Origin: an uncultured Gemmatimonadaceae bacterium
GTDB lineage: Bacteria > Gemmatimonadota > Gemmatimonadetes > Gemmatimonadales > Gemmatimonadaceae
Reading direction: 5' to 3'
DNA: 64,000 nt
Assembly: GCA_963843845.1 (NCBI GenBank)
Contig: CAWJMB010000003.1
Coordinates: 96,001-160,000, forward strand
Shown in pieces: positions 18,446 through 33,623 of the stretch; position 1 is the stretch's first letter; the number at the start of each line of letters is the position of its first letter. The notes under the pieces were generated by a model. The model saw only the letters and a list, made by a program, of their open reading frames with translations. It was not told where the DNA came from and made no database searches. A program made the translations under genes and the position numbers.

Positions 18446-21400
18446 ATGTCTAGTTTCTGGCGACGGCTCGTCGCCGGCGCGCTGACCGGCGTCCCGGCAG
18501 TGGTCGTGGCGCAGCAGGCCACGACGGTCAGCGGCACCGTGACGTCGGACGCGAACCAGCCGATCACCGGCGCGAGCGTGTCGATCACGAGCCTCGGGCT
18601 CGGCGCCGTCACGAATGCCGACGGTCGCTACAGCTTCACGGTCCCGGCCAACCGCGCGACCGGCACCGTCACGCTCTCCATCCGCCGCCTCGGCTTCTCG
18701 CCGCGGACGCAGACGGTCACGCTCGGTCGGGGCCCGGTGACGGCGGACTTCCAGCTCGCCGCGACGGCGAATCAGCTCCAGGGCGTGGTCGTCACGGCGC
18801 TCGGCGTCACGCGCGAGAAGAGCCAGCTGGGCACCGCGCAGCAGCAGATCTCGAGCGCGGAGCTGACGACGACGAAGTCGCAGAACCTCGTCAACCAGCT
18901 CCAGGGCAAGGTCTCGGGCGTCCAGATCACGAGCGGCGGCACGCCGGGCGGTTCGACGAACATCGTCATCCGCGGGCAGAACTCGCTCGCCGGCAACAAC
19001 CAGCCGCTGTTCATCGTCGACGGCGTCCCGGTGTCGAACTCGACGCGCGGCGGCTCGCTCGGCAACGGCTACGACTACGGCAACGCGATCAGCGACCTGA
19101 ACCCGGACGACATCGCGACGCTCACCGTGCTCAAGGGGCCGAACGCCGCGGCGCTCTACGGCTCGCGCGCGGCGAACGGCGTCATCGTCATCACGACGAA
19201 GAAGGGGTCGGCGACGGAGGGGCGGATCCGGACCGAATTCAACTCGTTCGTCACGGCGGACCGGCCGTCGGTGCTCCCCGACTGGCAGAACCAGTACGGG
19301 CAGGGCGCGGGGGGCAGCTTTCAGTTCGTCGACGGCCAGGGGAGCGGCGACTGCGACGGCTGCGACCAGAGCTGGGGCCCGAAGCTCGACGGGCGGCTCA
19401 TCGACCAGTTCACCGGCAAGCAGCAGCCGTGGGTCGCGCACCCGAACAACGTGAACAACTTCTTCGAGACCGGGCTCACGCTCTCGTCGACGCTCGCCGT
19501 CAGCGGCGGCACCGACCGGGCGAACGCGCGCGTCTCGATCGGCGCCGACCAGATCAAGGGGTTCGTGCCGAACAACACGTTCCGCAAGCGCTCGGTGCTG
19601 CTGAGCGGCAACCTCGGCGTGAACAGCAAGCTGAACACGACGGCGACGGTGCAGTACATCCGCAACGGCGGCGTGAACCGCCCCGGCACCGGCTACAGCA
19701 ACTCGATCCTCGAGCAGTTCTTCTGGCTCGGGCGTCAGGTCGACACCGAGGCGCTGCGCGATTACGCGAAGGGGGGCGGCGCGAACGGCGGCCCGCTCAC
19801 GCGCGAGTACAACTGGAACTACAACTACCACAACAACCCGTTCTGGATCCAGTACGAGAACCCGCGCCGCGACAACCGCGACCGCTTCCAGGGCACGCTG
19901 AGCGCGACGTACCAGCTCGCCGAGGGGGTGTCGCTCCTCGCGCGCACGGGCTCCGACATCTTCCGCTTCAACGTCGACCAGAACTACGCGCCGGGCTACA
20001 TCAACGGGACGTACGTCAACACGTCGTACAACGGCGGCTTCGTCTCGATCGACGACTACAACAACGAGAACAACTCCGAGGCGCTGCTCACGGTCGACCG
20101 GCCGCTGACGGGGGCGCTGCGCCTCCAGGCGACGGCGGGCGGCAACCTGCGCAACTCGGTGTTCCAGACGAAGTCGCAGGCGCTCACGGGGCTGCTCGTC
20201 GCTGGGCTGTACAACATCTCGAACGGCGCGATCGACCCGGCCCTGACGCAGCAGACGCTGCGCCGCAAGGTGAACAGCGCGTACGGCTCGGCGGCCGTCA
20301 GCTACAACGGATGGCTCACGGTCGAGGGGACGGCGCGCAACGACTGGTCGTCGACGCTGCCGCGGGGGGAGAACTCGTACTTCTATCCGTCGGGGAACGT
20401 GTCCTTCGTGCTCACGGATGCGGTGCCGTCGCTCAAGAACCGCTGGCTCAGCTACGCGAAGCTGCGCGGCTCGGTCGCGCAGGTCGGCAACGACGCCGAC
20501 CCGTACCAGCTCCAGACGGTGTTCAACGGCAACTCGGTCAAGTTCGGCACACTGCCGCAGTACTCGCTGAACGACGTGCTCGCGAACGCGACGCTCAAGC
20601 CGGAGATCACGCACTCGGACGAGGGCGGGCTCGAGCTCGGGCTGTTCGACGGCCGCGTGACCTTCGACGGCTCGGTGTACAACAAGTACACGCAGAACCA
20701 GATCTTCAACGTCGCGATCTCGGCCGCGTCGGGCTTCACGAACCGCGCGATCAACGCCGGCAAGATCACGAACAAGGGCGTCGAGGCGCTCATCAGCGTC
20801 GACGCGGTGCGCGACTGGCACGGCCTCGGGTGGTCGAGCCAGTTCAACTACGCGCGGAACCGCAACGCGGTCGCCGAGCTCACGCAGGGCGTCAGCTCGA
20901 TCGTGCTGAGCCAGGGCCTGTTCGGCGACATCAGCGTCGAGGCGCGCGTCGGCGAGCCGTTCGGCGTCATCCGCACGAAGGCGTTCGAGCGCGACGCCCA
21001 GGGGCGGCTCGTCGTCGACGGCGGCCTCCCGATCCAGGAGGACACGCTCACCGCCTTCGGCAACATCCAGGCGAAGTGGACGGGGGGGTGGAACAACACG
21101 TTCAGCTACAAGGGGGTCACGCTGAACGCGCTCGTCGACTTCCGCCGCGGCGGGAAGCTGGTCAGCTACACGAACTACATCGGCGACTACTCGGGCGTGC
21201 TCGCGAGCTCGCTCCGCGGGCGTGAGGCCGACTACGACGCGCCCGGCTACGTCGTGCGCGGCGTCACGGCGACTGGCGCCGCGAACGCGGACACCGTCAC
21301 GTCGGAGCAGTACTTCCAGTCGCTCTTCGGCTCGCTCGAGAACTACATCTTCGACGCGGGCTACGCGCGGCTCCGCGAGCTGCGCGTCGGCTTCGACCTG

Positions 21401-21598
21401 CCGGCCCGCATCTCGCGCCGCCTGAGCGCCGAGAACGTCAGCCTCACGCTGACCGGGCGGAACCTGTTCTTCTTCTCGAAGAACGCGCCGAACATCGACC
21501 CCGAGTTCGCCTACAACACGGGCAACTTCCAGGGCGTCGAGTACGCCTTCCCGTCGAACCCGCGCAGCATCGGCATCAACGTGCGCGTCACGCCGTGA
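18446..21598 (+). CDS. SusC/RagA family TonB-dependent outer membrane transporter
   Basis: Signal peptide, CarboxypepD_reg-like domain, VVVTALG, PLFIVDGVP, SusC signature DLNPDDIATLTVLKGPNAAALYGSRAANGVIVITTKKG, LKPE.T. Confidence 0.96.
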   Translation: MSSFWRRLVAGALTGVPAVVVAQQATTVSGTVTSDANQPITGASVSITSLGLGAVTNADGRYSFTVPANRATGTVTLSIRRLGFSPRTQTVTLGRGPVTADFQLAATANQLQGVVVTALGVTREKSQLGTAQQQISSAELTTTKSQNLVNQLQGKVSGVQITSGGTPGGSTNIVIRGQNSLAGNNQPLFIVDGVPVSNSTRGGSLGNGYDYGNAISDLNPDDIATLTVLKGPNAAALYGSRAANGVIVITTKKGSATEGRIRTEFNSFVTADRPSVLPDWQNQYGQGAGGSFQFVDGQGSGDCDGCDQSWGPKLDGRLIDQFTGKQQPWVAHPNNVNNFFETGLTLSSTLAVSGGTDRANARVSIGADQIKGFVPNNTFRKRSVLLSGNLGVNSKLNTTATVQYIRNGGVNRPGTGYSNSILEQFFWLGRQVDTEALRDYAKGGGANGGPLTREYNWNYNYHNNPFWIQYENPRRDNRDRFQGTLSATYQLAEGVSLLARTGSDIFRFNVDQNYAPGYINGTYVNTSYNGGFVSIDDYNNENNSEALLTVDRPLTGALRLQATAGGNLRNSVFQTKSQALTGLLVAGLYNISNGAIDPALTQQTLRRKVNSAYGSAAVSYNGWLTVEGTARNDWSSTLPRGENSYFYPSGNVSFVLTDAVPSLKNRWLSYAKLRGSVAQVGNDADPYQLQTVFNGNSVKFGTLPQYSLNDVLANATLKPEITHSDEGGLELGLFDGRVTFDGSVYNKYTQNQIFNVAISAASGFTNRAINAGKITNKGVEALISVDAVRDWHGLGWSSQFNYARNRNAVAELTQGVSSIVLSQGLFGDISVEARVGEPFGVIRTKAFERDAQGRLVVDGGLPIQEDTLTAFGNIQAKWTGGWNNTFSYKGVTLNALVDFRRGGKLVSYTNYIGDYSGVLASSLRGREADYDAPGYVVRGVTATGAANADTVTSEQYFQSLFGSLENYIFDAGYARLRELRVGFDLPARISRRLSAENVSLTLTGRNLFFFSKNAPNIDPEFAYNTGNFQGVEYAFPSNPRSIGINVRVTP

Positions 21599-21627
21599 CC
21601 TCGCCTCTGACGCCCACCCGAGAACTC

Positions 21628-23250
21628 ATGACTACTCAGCAGACCACGCCCGGCGGGCGCGCGGCCGCCTGGTCGGCGCTCCGCGGCGCCGCCCTGCTCG
21701 CCGGCGCGCTCGCCGCGGCCGCGTGCGATACGGACTCGATCACCGACATCAACGTCAACCCGAACAGCCCGATCACCGCGCCGTCCGGCCCGGTGTTCAC
21801 GACGGCGGCACGCGTCGCCGTCACCCGCTGGCTCGGCAGCGGCTACTCGCTGCGCGCGACGGAGCTCGTCGCGCAGCACGTGGCCGAGGTGCAGTACCCG
21901 GAGAGCGACCAGTACATCCGCCTCGGCGCGAACAGCACGAGCGGCTTCTTCGACAACGCGTACGCGGGCGAGCTCGAGGACCTGACGCAGGTCGCGAAGG
22001 CCGGGCAGGCGACGAAGGACCCGGGGATCTACGCGCCGGCGCTCGCGCTGCGCGCCTGGGTGTTCGGCTACCTCACCGACACGTTCGGCGACATCCCGTA
22101 CACGCAGGCGCTCCAGGGCGACTCGTCGGTCTCGGTGACGAGCCCGACGTACGACGCGCAGAAGGACGTCTACACGGGGCTGTTCACGACGCTCACGCAG
22201 GTCAGCGCCGACCTCGCGTCGGCGCCGGCGGGGGGCCGCACCCTCGGCACCGCGGACCCGATCTTCTCGGGGAACTTCGCGGCGTGGCAGCGGTTCGCGA
22301 ACTCGCTCCGCGCGCGTCAGGCGATGCGCCTCGCGAACGTGGACCCGACGACGGCGCGCACGCAGGTGGCCGCCGCGCTCGCCGCGCCCGGCGGGCTCAT
22401 CTCGTCGAACGCCCAGAACGCGCGGCTCACGTGGCCAGGCGGCGTGAACGCGAACAGCAACTCGTGGGCGGTGAACTTCCAGTCGCGCGACGACCACCGC
22501 ATCTCGAACACGTTCATGACGGTGCTGCGCGACCGGAGCGACCCGCGCGTGACCGTCTGGGCGCAGCTCGCGCAGCGCGACACGAGTGCCGGTCCGATCG
22601 TGAAGTACTGCGCGGGCACGACGCCGTGCTACGTCGGGCTGCAGAACGCGCTGCAGCACTCGCAGGCGTCGCCGTTCGTGCCCTACACGTCGCGTCCGGG
22701 CATCATCTTCTACCCGGCCTCGACGACCTACGGGGTGCGCGGCGGCGCCGGGACGACGACGCCGTCCTATCTCATGACGTTCGCCGAGGTCAGCTTCATC
22801 AAGGCCGAGGCGGCGGAGCGCGGATGGATCGCCGGCAGCGCGGCGACGTTCTACCAGGACGGCATCCGCGCCTCGATGCAGCAGTGGGGGGTGAGCGACG
22901 CCGCGATCGCGACCTACCTCGCGCAGCCGAATGTCGCGTACACGCCGGGGACGGCGGGGCTCAAGCAGATCGCGATCCAGAAGTGGATGGCGCTGTTCAC
23001 GGACGGCGGCCAGGCGTGGGCGGAGTTCCGCCGCACCTGCCAGCCGGCGACGATCAAGCCGGGCCCGTCGGCGAACATCAATCAGATCCCGCGGCGCTTC
23101 GCGTACTCGGTGACCGAGGTCCTGACCAACAAGGCGAACGTCGACGCCGCGATCGCGCGGCAGGGGGCGGACGACCTGACGGCGCGGATGTACTGGGACA
23201 AGGCGCCGACGGCGGCCCCCACGTACGAGGCAGGGTGCGGGGTCCGCTGA
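21628..23250 (+). CDS. SusD/RagB family surface lipoprotein
   Basis: Lipobox LAAAAC, INVNPN, LTDTFGDIPY.QAL, W.RFANSLRAR, AEV.FIKAEAA, IAIQKWMALF, W.EFRRT. Confidence 0.95.
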   Translation: MTTQQTTPGGRAAAWSALRGAALLAGALAAAACDTDSITDINVNPNSPITAPSGPVFTTAARVAVTRWLGSGYSLRATELVAQHVAEVQYPESDQYIRLGANSTSGFFDNAYAGELEDLTQVAKAGQATKDPGIYAPALALRAWVFGYLTDTFGDIPYTQALQGDSSVSVTSPTYDAQKDVYTGLFTTLTQVSADLASAPAGGRTLGTADPIFSGNFAAWQRFANSLRARQAMRLANVDPTTARTQVAAALAAPGGLISSNAQNARLTWPGGVNANSNSWAVNFQSRDDHRISNTFMTVLRDRSDPRVTVWAQLAQRDTSAGPIVKYCAGTTPCYVGLQNALQHSQASPFVPYTSRPGIIFYPASTTYGVRGGAGTTTPSYLMTFAEVSFIKAEAAERGWIAGSAATFYQDGIRASMQQWGVSDAAIATYLAQPNVAYTPGTAGLKQIAIQKWMALFTDGGQAWAEFRRTCQPATIKPGPSANINQIPRRFAYSVTEVLTNKANVDAAIARQGADDLTARMYWDKAPTAAPTYEAGCGVR

Positions 23251-24345
<1,095 letters not shown>

Positions 24346-24351
24346 TCGCGC

Positions 24352-25104
24352 CTAACGCGTCCACACGAGGATCGCGCCGCACGGATTGCGCAGGTCGCGG
24401 AACTGCGCGGGCACCGTGGCCGGCGAGACGTAGACTTCGATCGCCGCCATGTCGTTCACGCCGACCACCTCGTCGAGCTCCGCGTCGGGGGTGCGGACGC
24501 CGTCGACCCAGACCATCGGCTGGCAGTTGCGAAAGCGCACCGCCGAGCCGATACGCCCCGACGGCACGAGCGTCACGCCGGGCGCGCCGCGGATCGCGTC
24601 GCTCGCGCGCTGCGGCTTCTTCTTCCGGAGCTCGGCCAGGTCGAGGAAGTAGCCGCCACGGTGCATCGACCGGCGCTGCTGGAACGAGGCGATGCGCGCG
24701 TTCGACGTCGAGGGGTCGTCGACGACGGTGACGCCGTCGACGTCCTGCGCCGCGGCGACGAGCACCACGTCGAGCGCGCCTTCGGCCCGCGTTCCGTTCG
24801 CCCGGAGCGACGCCGCGTCGATCCGTACCTGGCGTGCCTGGAAGCCGAGTCGGCGCACGGTGAGCACCGCGCTGCCGGCCGGGCCGCTCACGGCGTAGTG
24901 CCCGTCACTGCGCGTGTGCATCGCCGCCGACTCGACGCCGCCGACCGTGAGCCGCACGTCGACGTCGGCGATCGGCGCGCGCGACGCGTCGGTGATGACG
25001 CCGGAGAGCATGATGAACTGCGGCGCCGGCGCCGGCGGCTGCGCGGCGAGGCAGGGGGCCGTCAGGCAGACCGCCGTGACGGAGATCGTGTACAGCGTAC
25101 GCAT
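24352..25104 (-). CDS. Secreted CarboxypepD_reg-like + TonB plug domain protein (no beta-barrel)
   Basis: Signal peptide, SGVITD...PI, VRRLGF, C.PMVWVDG, AIEVY, CGAILVWTR at the C-terminus; 250 aa. Confidence 0.78.
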   Translation of the reverse strand: MRTLYTISVTAVCLTAPCLAAQPPAPAPQFIMLSGVITDASRAPIADVDVRLTVGGVESAAMHTRSDGHYAVSGPAGSAVLTVRRLGFQARQVRIDAASLRANGTRAEGALDVVLVAAAQDVDGVTVVDDPSTSNARIASFQQRRSMHRGGYFLDLAELRKKKPQRASDAIRGAPGVTLVPSGRIGSAVRFRNCQPMVWVDGVRTPDAELDEVVGVNDMAAIEVYVSPATVPAQFRDLRNPCGAILVWTR

Positions 25105-25115
25105 CGGTGCTCCGG

Positions 25116-25844
25116 TCAGCGCGTCATGCCGTAAATCAGGTAGTTCGTCGCGATCTTGTACGCGTCGTTCGAGACGTTCACCGGGAAGTATCCCTGCCCG
25201 GACCACTCCATGAAGTCGCCGACGTCGGTGTTGTAGTTGACGACGACCGTCAGCCGCTTCGTCGGATCGTTGTCCTCGTGAACGCCGAGGAACTCGGCGC
25301 GCAGCCGCGAGTCCTGCGGGTGCGACATGCGGAGCGAGTCGAGGCGGAAGAAGGCGTCGAACACCGGGTCGGACGGACCGATGGGGACGAAGCGGGCCTC
25401 GGGGAGCACGCGGCGCAGCTGCCGCTCGAAGTTGTCCCACTCGCCGCGCATGAAGTCGTCGACGATGAGGAAGCCGCCCTTCGCGAGATACGTGCGCAGC
25501 CCCTCGACCTCGCGGTCGCTCGGCAGCCAGTAGCCGGGCTCGGAGAGGTACGCGATCGGGTCGCGGAGCAGCGCCGGGTCGTCGAGCGTGTGGATGTTGC
25601 TGCCGGTCACGTGTGGCCGCACGGTCGTCAGCTCGTCGACGATGCGCATGAAGTTGCGCTCCATGTCCGGGTAGTCGAACTCCCAGCCGCTGCGTCGGTA
25701 GACGGTGTAGCGGATGCGCGCGAACGTGAAGCGGCCGTCGTACGCCACGTTCGGGTCGAACCGCATGAAGCGCTGCGAGCCGGCGTCGGTCGTCGCGGCG
25801 AGGAGGGCGCCTACCAGCACGCCGCGGAGCACGGAACGTCGCAT
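25116..25844 (-). CDS. DUF4159 domain protein
   Basis: FTFARIRY, WEFDYP, P.AYLSEPG.W, LR.YL.KGGFLIVDDF, NTDVGD.MEW, N...Y.MT. Confidence 0.88.
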   Translation of the reverse strand: MRRSVLRGVLVGALLAATTDAGSQRFMRFDPNVAYDGRFTFARIRYTVYRRSGWEFDYPDMERNFMRIVDELTTVRPHVTGSNIHTLDDPALLRDPIAYLSEPGYWLPSDREVEGLRTYLAKGGFLIVDDFMRGEWDNFERQLRRVLPEARFVPIGPSDPVFDAFFRLDSLRMSHPQDSRLRAEFLGVHEDNDPTKRLTVVVNYNTDVGDFMEWSGQGYFPVNVSNDAYKIATNYLIYGMTR

Positions 25845-25901
25845 GACGAAGAGTCGAAGAGCGGACAGGCGCCCCACGAGCGACTGCGGGCCCGGCGGGT
25901 A

Positions 25902-29053
<3,152 letters not shown>

Positions 29054-29089
29054 GCCGAGAAGTTTGGCGCGCGGCTACATTCGTCGCCA

Positions 29090-29719
29090 ATGTCGCCCCC
29101 GCCCCGATCGACGCCACGGCGCGTGACGTACGACCGCGCCTACTTCGACAAGTGGTACCGCACCCCGGGCTCGCGCGTGCGCACGGCGGCGCAGTGGACG
29201 CGCCTCGTCACCTTCGTGCTCGCCGCCGCCGACCACGTCCTCGGCCGGCCGGTGCGGACGGTGCTCGACGTCGGCGCGGGGGAGGGGAACTGGCAGCCGG
29301 TGCTGCGGCGACTGCGCCCGAGCGTTCGCTACCAGGGCGTCGACCCGAGCGAGTACGCGGTGCGGCGGTTCGGCCGGCGGCGCACGATCGCGTTAGGCGA
29401 CCTCGCGTCGCTCGACACGCTCGCCCTGTCGCACGACCGCTACGACCTCGTCATCGCGAACGGGGTGCTCAACTACCTCGAGCCCGACGCGCTCCGCGCC
29501 GCGCTGCCGCGACTGGCGGCGCGGGCGAGCGGCATGCTGTTCCTCGAGCTCTACACGAACGCCGACGACATCAAGGGCGACACGGGCTTTCCGCAGTTCC
29601 GCCCGGCGACGTGGTACCGGCGCACGCTGCACGACGCGGGGCTCGTCGCGTGCGGGCTGCACTGCTACGTGCGGCGTGACGAGACGTGGCGGCTGGCGGA
29701 GCTGGAGCGGTCGGGCTGA
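29090..29719 (+). CDS. Class I SAM-dependent methyltransferase
   Basis: VLDVGAGEG motif I, GVDPS, YDLVIANGVLNYL. Confidence 0.88.
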   Translation: MSPPPRSTPRRVTYDRAYFDKWYRTPGSRVRTAAQWTRLVTFVLAAADHVLGRPVRTVLDVGAGEGNWQPVLRRLRPSVRYQGVDPSEYAVRRFGRRRTIALGDLASLDTLALSHDRYDLVIANGVLNYLEPDALRAALPRLAARASGMLFLELYTNADDIKGDTGFPQFRPATWYRRTLHDAGLVACGLHCYVRRDETWRLAELERSG

Positions 29720-29790
29720 GGCGAGGCAGTCGCGGCGGACGTGCCGCCTCGTGCTCGACGTCGATGCCACGCCGGTACGTGCTCGCCGCG

Positions 29791-30591
29791 TCAGGCGGTC
29801 GCGTCCGCGCCGTGCAGCAGCGTCCGCGTCGCCGCGTGCGACGGCGCGTCCACCACCTCGCGCGACGGTCCCTCCTCGACCACCTGCCCGTCGGCGAGCA
29901 CGGCGACACGGTCGGTGTAGCCGCGCACGAAGTCGACGTCGTGCGTCGAGATGAGCAGCCCGCGCCCCTGCGCCGCGAGCGCGCGCAGCGTGTCGCCCAG
30001 CGCGGCCCGCCGCGCCGGGTCGAGCGCGGCGGTCGGCTCGTCCATGAGCAGGAAGCGCGGGGTCCGGGGCGAGCGCCCGGGCGATCGCGACGCGCTGCGC
30101 CTGGCCGCCCGAGAGCTCGCGCGGGTACGCCCCGGCGCGCGCGTCGACCCCGAGCTCCGCCAGCAGCGCGTGCGCGCGCGACTCGGCCGCGCGCGCGCGG
30201 CCAGCGCGTGCACTGGAGCGGCGCGAGCGTGACGTTGTCGAGCGCGGTGAGGTGCTCGAACAGGGCGTGCGCCTGGAACACCATGCCCACCGCGCGGCGC
30301 AGCGCGCGCAGCCGCGACTCGGGCGGAACGGGCCCGGGCGCGAGCGCGAGTGCCGTGACCGGCCACGCTCACCGTGATGCGCCCCGACGAGAACGGCTGC
30401 AGCGCGGCGACCGAGCGGAGGATCGTCGACTTGCCGGAGCCGGAGAGCCCCATGAGCGCGCGCACCTCGCCGGGCGCCACGTCGAGGTCGACGCCGCGCA
30501 GCATGTGCAGCGCGCCCGCCGCGGAGCCACGCGAGACGTGCAGCGCGCGCACCACGAGCCCGGGCGCCGACCCGGCCGGGACCGAGCTCAT
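29791..30591 (-). CDS. Polar amino acid ABC transporter ATP-binding protein (frameshifted)
   Basis: Walker A GLSGSGKST, GMVFQAHALFEHLTALDNVTLAP, LLMDEPTAALDP, STHD; spread over frames. Confidence 0.88.
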   Translation of the reverse strand: MSSVPAGSAPGLVVRALHVSRGSAAGALHMLRGVDLDVAPGEVRALMGLSGSGKSTILRSVAALQPFSSGRITVSVAGHGTRARARARSARVAAARAAPRGGHGVPGARPVRAPHRARQRHARAAPVHALAARARPSRARTRCWRSSGSTRAPGRTRASSRAARRSASRSPGRSPRTPRFLLMDEPTAALDPARRAALGDTLRALAAQGRGLLISTHDVDFVRGYTDRVAVLADGQVVEEGPSREVVDAPSHAATRTLLHGADATA

Positions 30592-32073
30592 ACGAGACTC
30601 AGCCGCCGCTCGAGGCGGCGCGCGACGCGCGACAGCGGGAGCGACAGCGCGAGGTAGGCGACCGCGCAGAGGATGCCCGGCACGACCCAGCTCCCGACGT
30701 TCGTCGCGTAGATCGCCGTCTGCTTCGTGAGCTCGACCACCGTGATGACCGAGACGAGCGACGAGTCCTTGAGCAGCGCGACGAAGTCGTTCGTCATCGG
30801 CGCGAGCGCGAGGCGGAAGCGCCTGCGGGCCGCGCACGAGCCGCAGCGCCTGCCACTCGGAGAGGCCGAGCGTGCGCGCCGCCTCGAGCTGCACCCGCGG
30901 GATCGCTTCGAGCGCGGCACGGTAGATCTCGGACTCGTACGCCGCGTAGTTGAGCCCGAGCCCGAGCACGCGCGGCGCGCGAACGCCGGAAGGCGCACGA
31001 CGTCGGCGAGCCCGTAGTAGAGCACGAACAGCTGCAGCAGCACCGGCGTGCCGCGCATGACTTCGACGTAGACGGCGAGCAGCGCGCGCAGCGGCGCCGG
31101 CCCGTACACGCGCCCCGCCGCGACGCCGGACGCCGACGGCCACGGCGAGCGGCATCGCGAGCGACGAGAGGGCGAGCGTCACGCCGGCCGCGCGGAGGAG
31201 CGCCGGGAGATACGCGACGACGGCACTCGGTCCCGGCGCCGGCGCACCGTTCGGCACGGCGTCCGCACCGCCCCGGATCCGCGAGCACGCGCTGGAAGTG
31301 CGCACGCTGCACCTCGCTCCACACGCCCCACCTGCGGAACGTCCGCTCGAGCGAGCCGTCGCGCATCCGGGCACGAAGGATCGCGTTCACCGAGTCGCGG
31401 AGCGCTCCGTTCCGCGCGCGCGAGCACGCCGACGTAGTGCCCCGTCGCGATCGGTGCCGGCTGGATCACGAACGCGTCGCCGAGCCGGCGCCGCGCCCGG
31501 TCGGCGATCACGTTGTCGAGCAGCACGGCGTCGACGCGGCCCGCTCACGAGGTCGTCGTACGGGTGCACGTCGTCGTCGTACGACACCGGCACGACGCCG
31601 CAGCCGCGCTCGCGCGTCGAGCAGCAGATCGTACGCCATCGTGCTGCCGAGCGTCCCGACGCGGCGGCCGGCGAGGTCGGCGAGGGTGCGGAAGCGCGCG
31701 CTGTCCGCCGGGCGCACGGCGAGCACTTCGTGGAACTCGAAGTACGGCAGCGTCACCGCGTGCTGCGCGCGCAGCGCCGGCCGGTCCTCGAGCCCGAGAG
31801 CGCGACGTCGAAGTCGCCGCGCTCCGCCGACTGCTCGAGCGACGCCCACGCCACCTGCACGAAGGTCGCGGTGCGTCCGAGCCCGCGCGCGAGCATCTCC
31901 GCGATCTCGACGTCGAAGCCGCGCACCTGCCGCGGGTCGCGCGGGTCCGCCTCGACGAACGGCGCGCCCCCTTCGGCGTCCCCGCCCCAGCGCAGCGGCG
32001 GTTGCGCCCGGGCGGACCTGCCGAACGACAGCAGGAGGATGGGAACGATCCATGACCGCGCTGTCGCTCTCAT
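30588..32073 (-). CDS. Amino acid ABC transporter substrate-binding/permease fusion (frameshifted)
   Basis: LRWGGDAEGGAPF, GFDVEIA (SBP_bac_3), then YVEVMRGTPVLLQL, LNYAAYESEIYR, Q.EAA..LG and ALLKDSSL (HisM-type permease). Confidence 0.85.
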
Positions 32074-33551
32074 GGGTTCTCGGCTCTCCCGAACAGCAGG
32101 TGCAGAAACGGCTTCGCCTCGGGCCGGCTGAACACGTAGACGTGGTCGCCGGGCTTCAGCACGGTACGTCCCTTCGGCGGGATCATCTCGCGGTCGCGGA
32201 CGATGAGCACCGCCGACGCCCCCTGCGGAAAGCCGAGGTCGCGGAGCGCGACGTTCGCCGGCGCGATCGCCTCGTCGACGTAGAACGACAGCAGCTCGCC
32301 GGTCATCTCCTGCATGCTCTCGACCTCGAGCACCGCGGCCGGCGGCGGCGGGTCGCCCGACTCGAGGCCGAGTCGGCGCGTGAGCCACGAGACCGTCGTG
32401 CCGGGGAGGATCGCGTTCACGACGACGACGAAGAACACGACGTCGAACACGCGCGCCGCGCCGGGCGCGCCGTTCAGGACCGGATACGTCGCGAGAATGA
32501 TCGGCACCGCGCCGCGCAGCCCGACCCAGCCGACGTACGCGACGTCCTTGCGCGCGTAGCCGCGGAACGGCAACAGACAGAGCACGACGGCGAGCGGCCG
32601 CGCGATCACGGCGAGGAACAGCGCGAGCAGCAGCCCGGTCCCGGCGACCGACACGAGCCGCGACGGGACCACGAGCAGCCCCAACACGAGGAACATCGTG
32701 ATCTGGCTCAGCCAGCCGAGCGCGTCGTGGACGCGGAGCAGGCCGTGTCGGAACGGCAGCCGCCCCTCACCGACCATCACGCCCGCGAGGTAGACCCCGA
32801 GGAAGCCGCTGCCGTGCGCGATCGTCGGGAGGCCGAAGGCGAGGAACGCGACGCCCAACGTGAGCGCCGGATAGAGGCCGCCCGCGGGGAGGCGGATGCG
32901 CGAGAGCATGGTGCGGGCGCCCCACCCGATCCCGAGCCCGATGGCGCTGCCGATGACGATCTCGCGGACGACCTCGACGGCGAGCATCCACCCGACCGGC
33001 GCCGACGGATCGAGCAGGTGACGCGTCGCCTCGATGGTCAGGATGAACGCCATCGGGTCGTTGAACCCCGACTCGACCTCGAGCGTCGCGCCGACGCGGT
33101 GCTTCAGGTGCAGCCCGCTCGAGCGCAGCACCGAGAACAGCGCCGCCGCGTCGGTGCTCGACACGATCGCGCCCAGCAGCAGCGCGTGCGGCCACGCGAA
33201 GCCGAGCACGTGCGCGCCTGCGGCGACGAGTCCCGCCGTGGCGACCACGCCGACCGTCGCGAGCACCCCCGCCGGTCCGAGGACGCGGCGCACCTCGGAC
33301 GACGGCGTGTTCAGCCCGCCGTCGAACAGAATGAGCGCGAGCGCGGTGCTCCCGAGCCGGAACGCGAAGTCGTAGCGCTCGAACGGCACGCCGCCGATCC
33401 CCTCGGCCCCCGTCAGCATGCCGATGCCGAGGAACACGAGCGTGAGCGGGACGGCGACGCGCCGCGACGCACGGCTGAACACCACGCTGATCACGAGCAG
33501 CGCGCCGAACGTCGCGAGCAGGATCGCGGTGGCGAGCGGTTCGAGACTCAT
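32070..33551 (-). CDS. cvrA: K+/H+ antiporter NhaP2/CvrA with C-terminal TrkA_C domain
   Basis: LILFDGGL.T, SSTDAAA.FS.LR, LEVESGFNDPMA, GSGFL.VY.AG, WVGLRGAVPIILA, IVRD...IPP.G.T.L..GD. Confidence 0.92.
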   Translation of the reverse strand: MSLEPLATAILLATFGALLVISVVFSRASRRVAVPLTLVFLGIGMLTGAEGIGGVPFERYDFAFRLGSTALALILFDGGLNTPSSEVRRVLGPAGVLATVGVVATAGLVAAGAHVLGFAWPHALLLGAIVSSTDAAALFSVLRSSGLHLKHRVGATLEVESGFNDPMAFILTIEATRHLLDPSAPVGWMLAVEVVREIVIGSAIGLGIGWGARTMLSRIRLPAGGLYPALTLGVAFLAFGLPTIAHGSGFLGVYLAGVMVGEGRLPFRHGLLRVHDALGWLSQITMFLVLGLLVVPSRLVSVAGTGLLLALFLAVIARPLAVVLCLLPFRGYARKDVAYVGWVGLRGAVPIILATYPVLNGAPGAARVFDVVFFVVVVNAILPGTTVSWLTRRLGLESGDPPPPAAVLEVESMQEMTGELLSFYVDEAIAPANVALRDLGFPQGASAVLIVRDREMIPPKGRTVLKPGDHVYVFSRPEAKPFLHLLFGRAENP

Positions 33552-33623
33552 CGGCGTCTCACGCGCTCGTGACCGCGCGCGGACGGCGCGCGGCGTCAGG
33601 CACCGTTCCGTCCGGCCGTCTCG

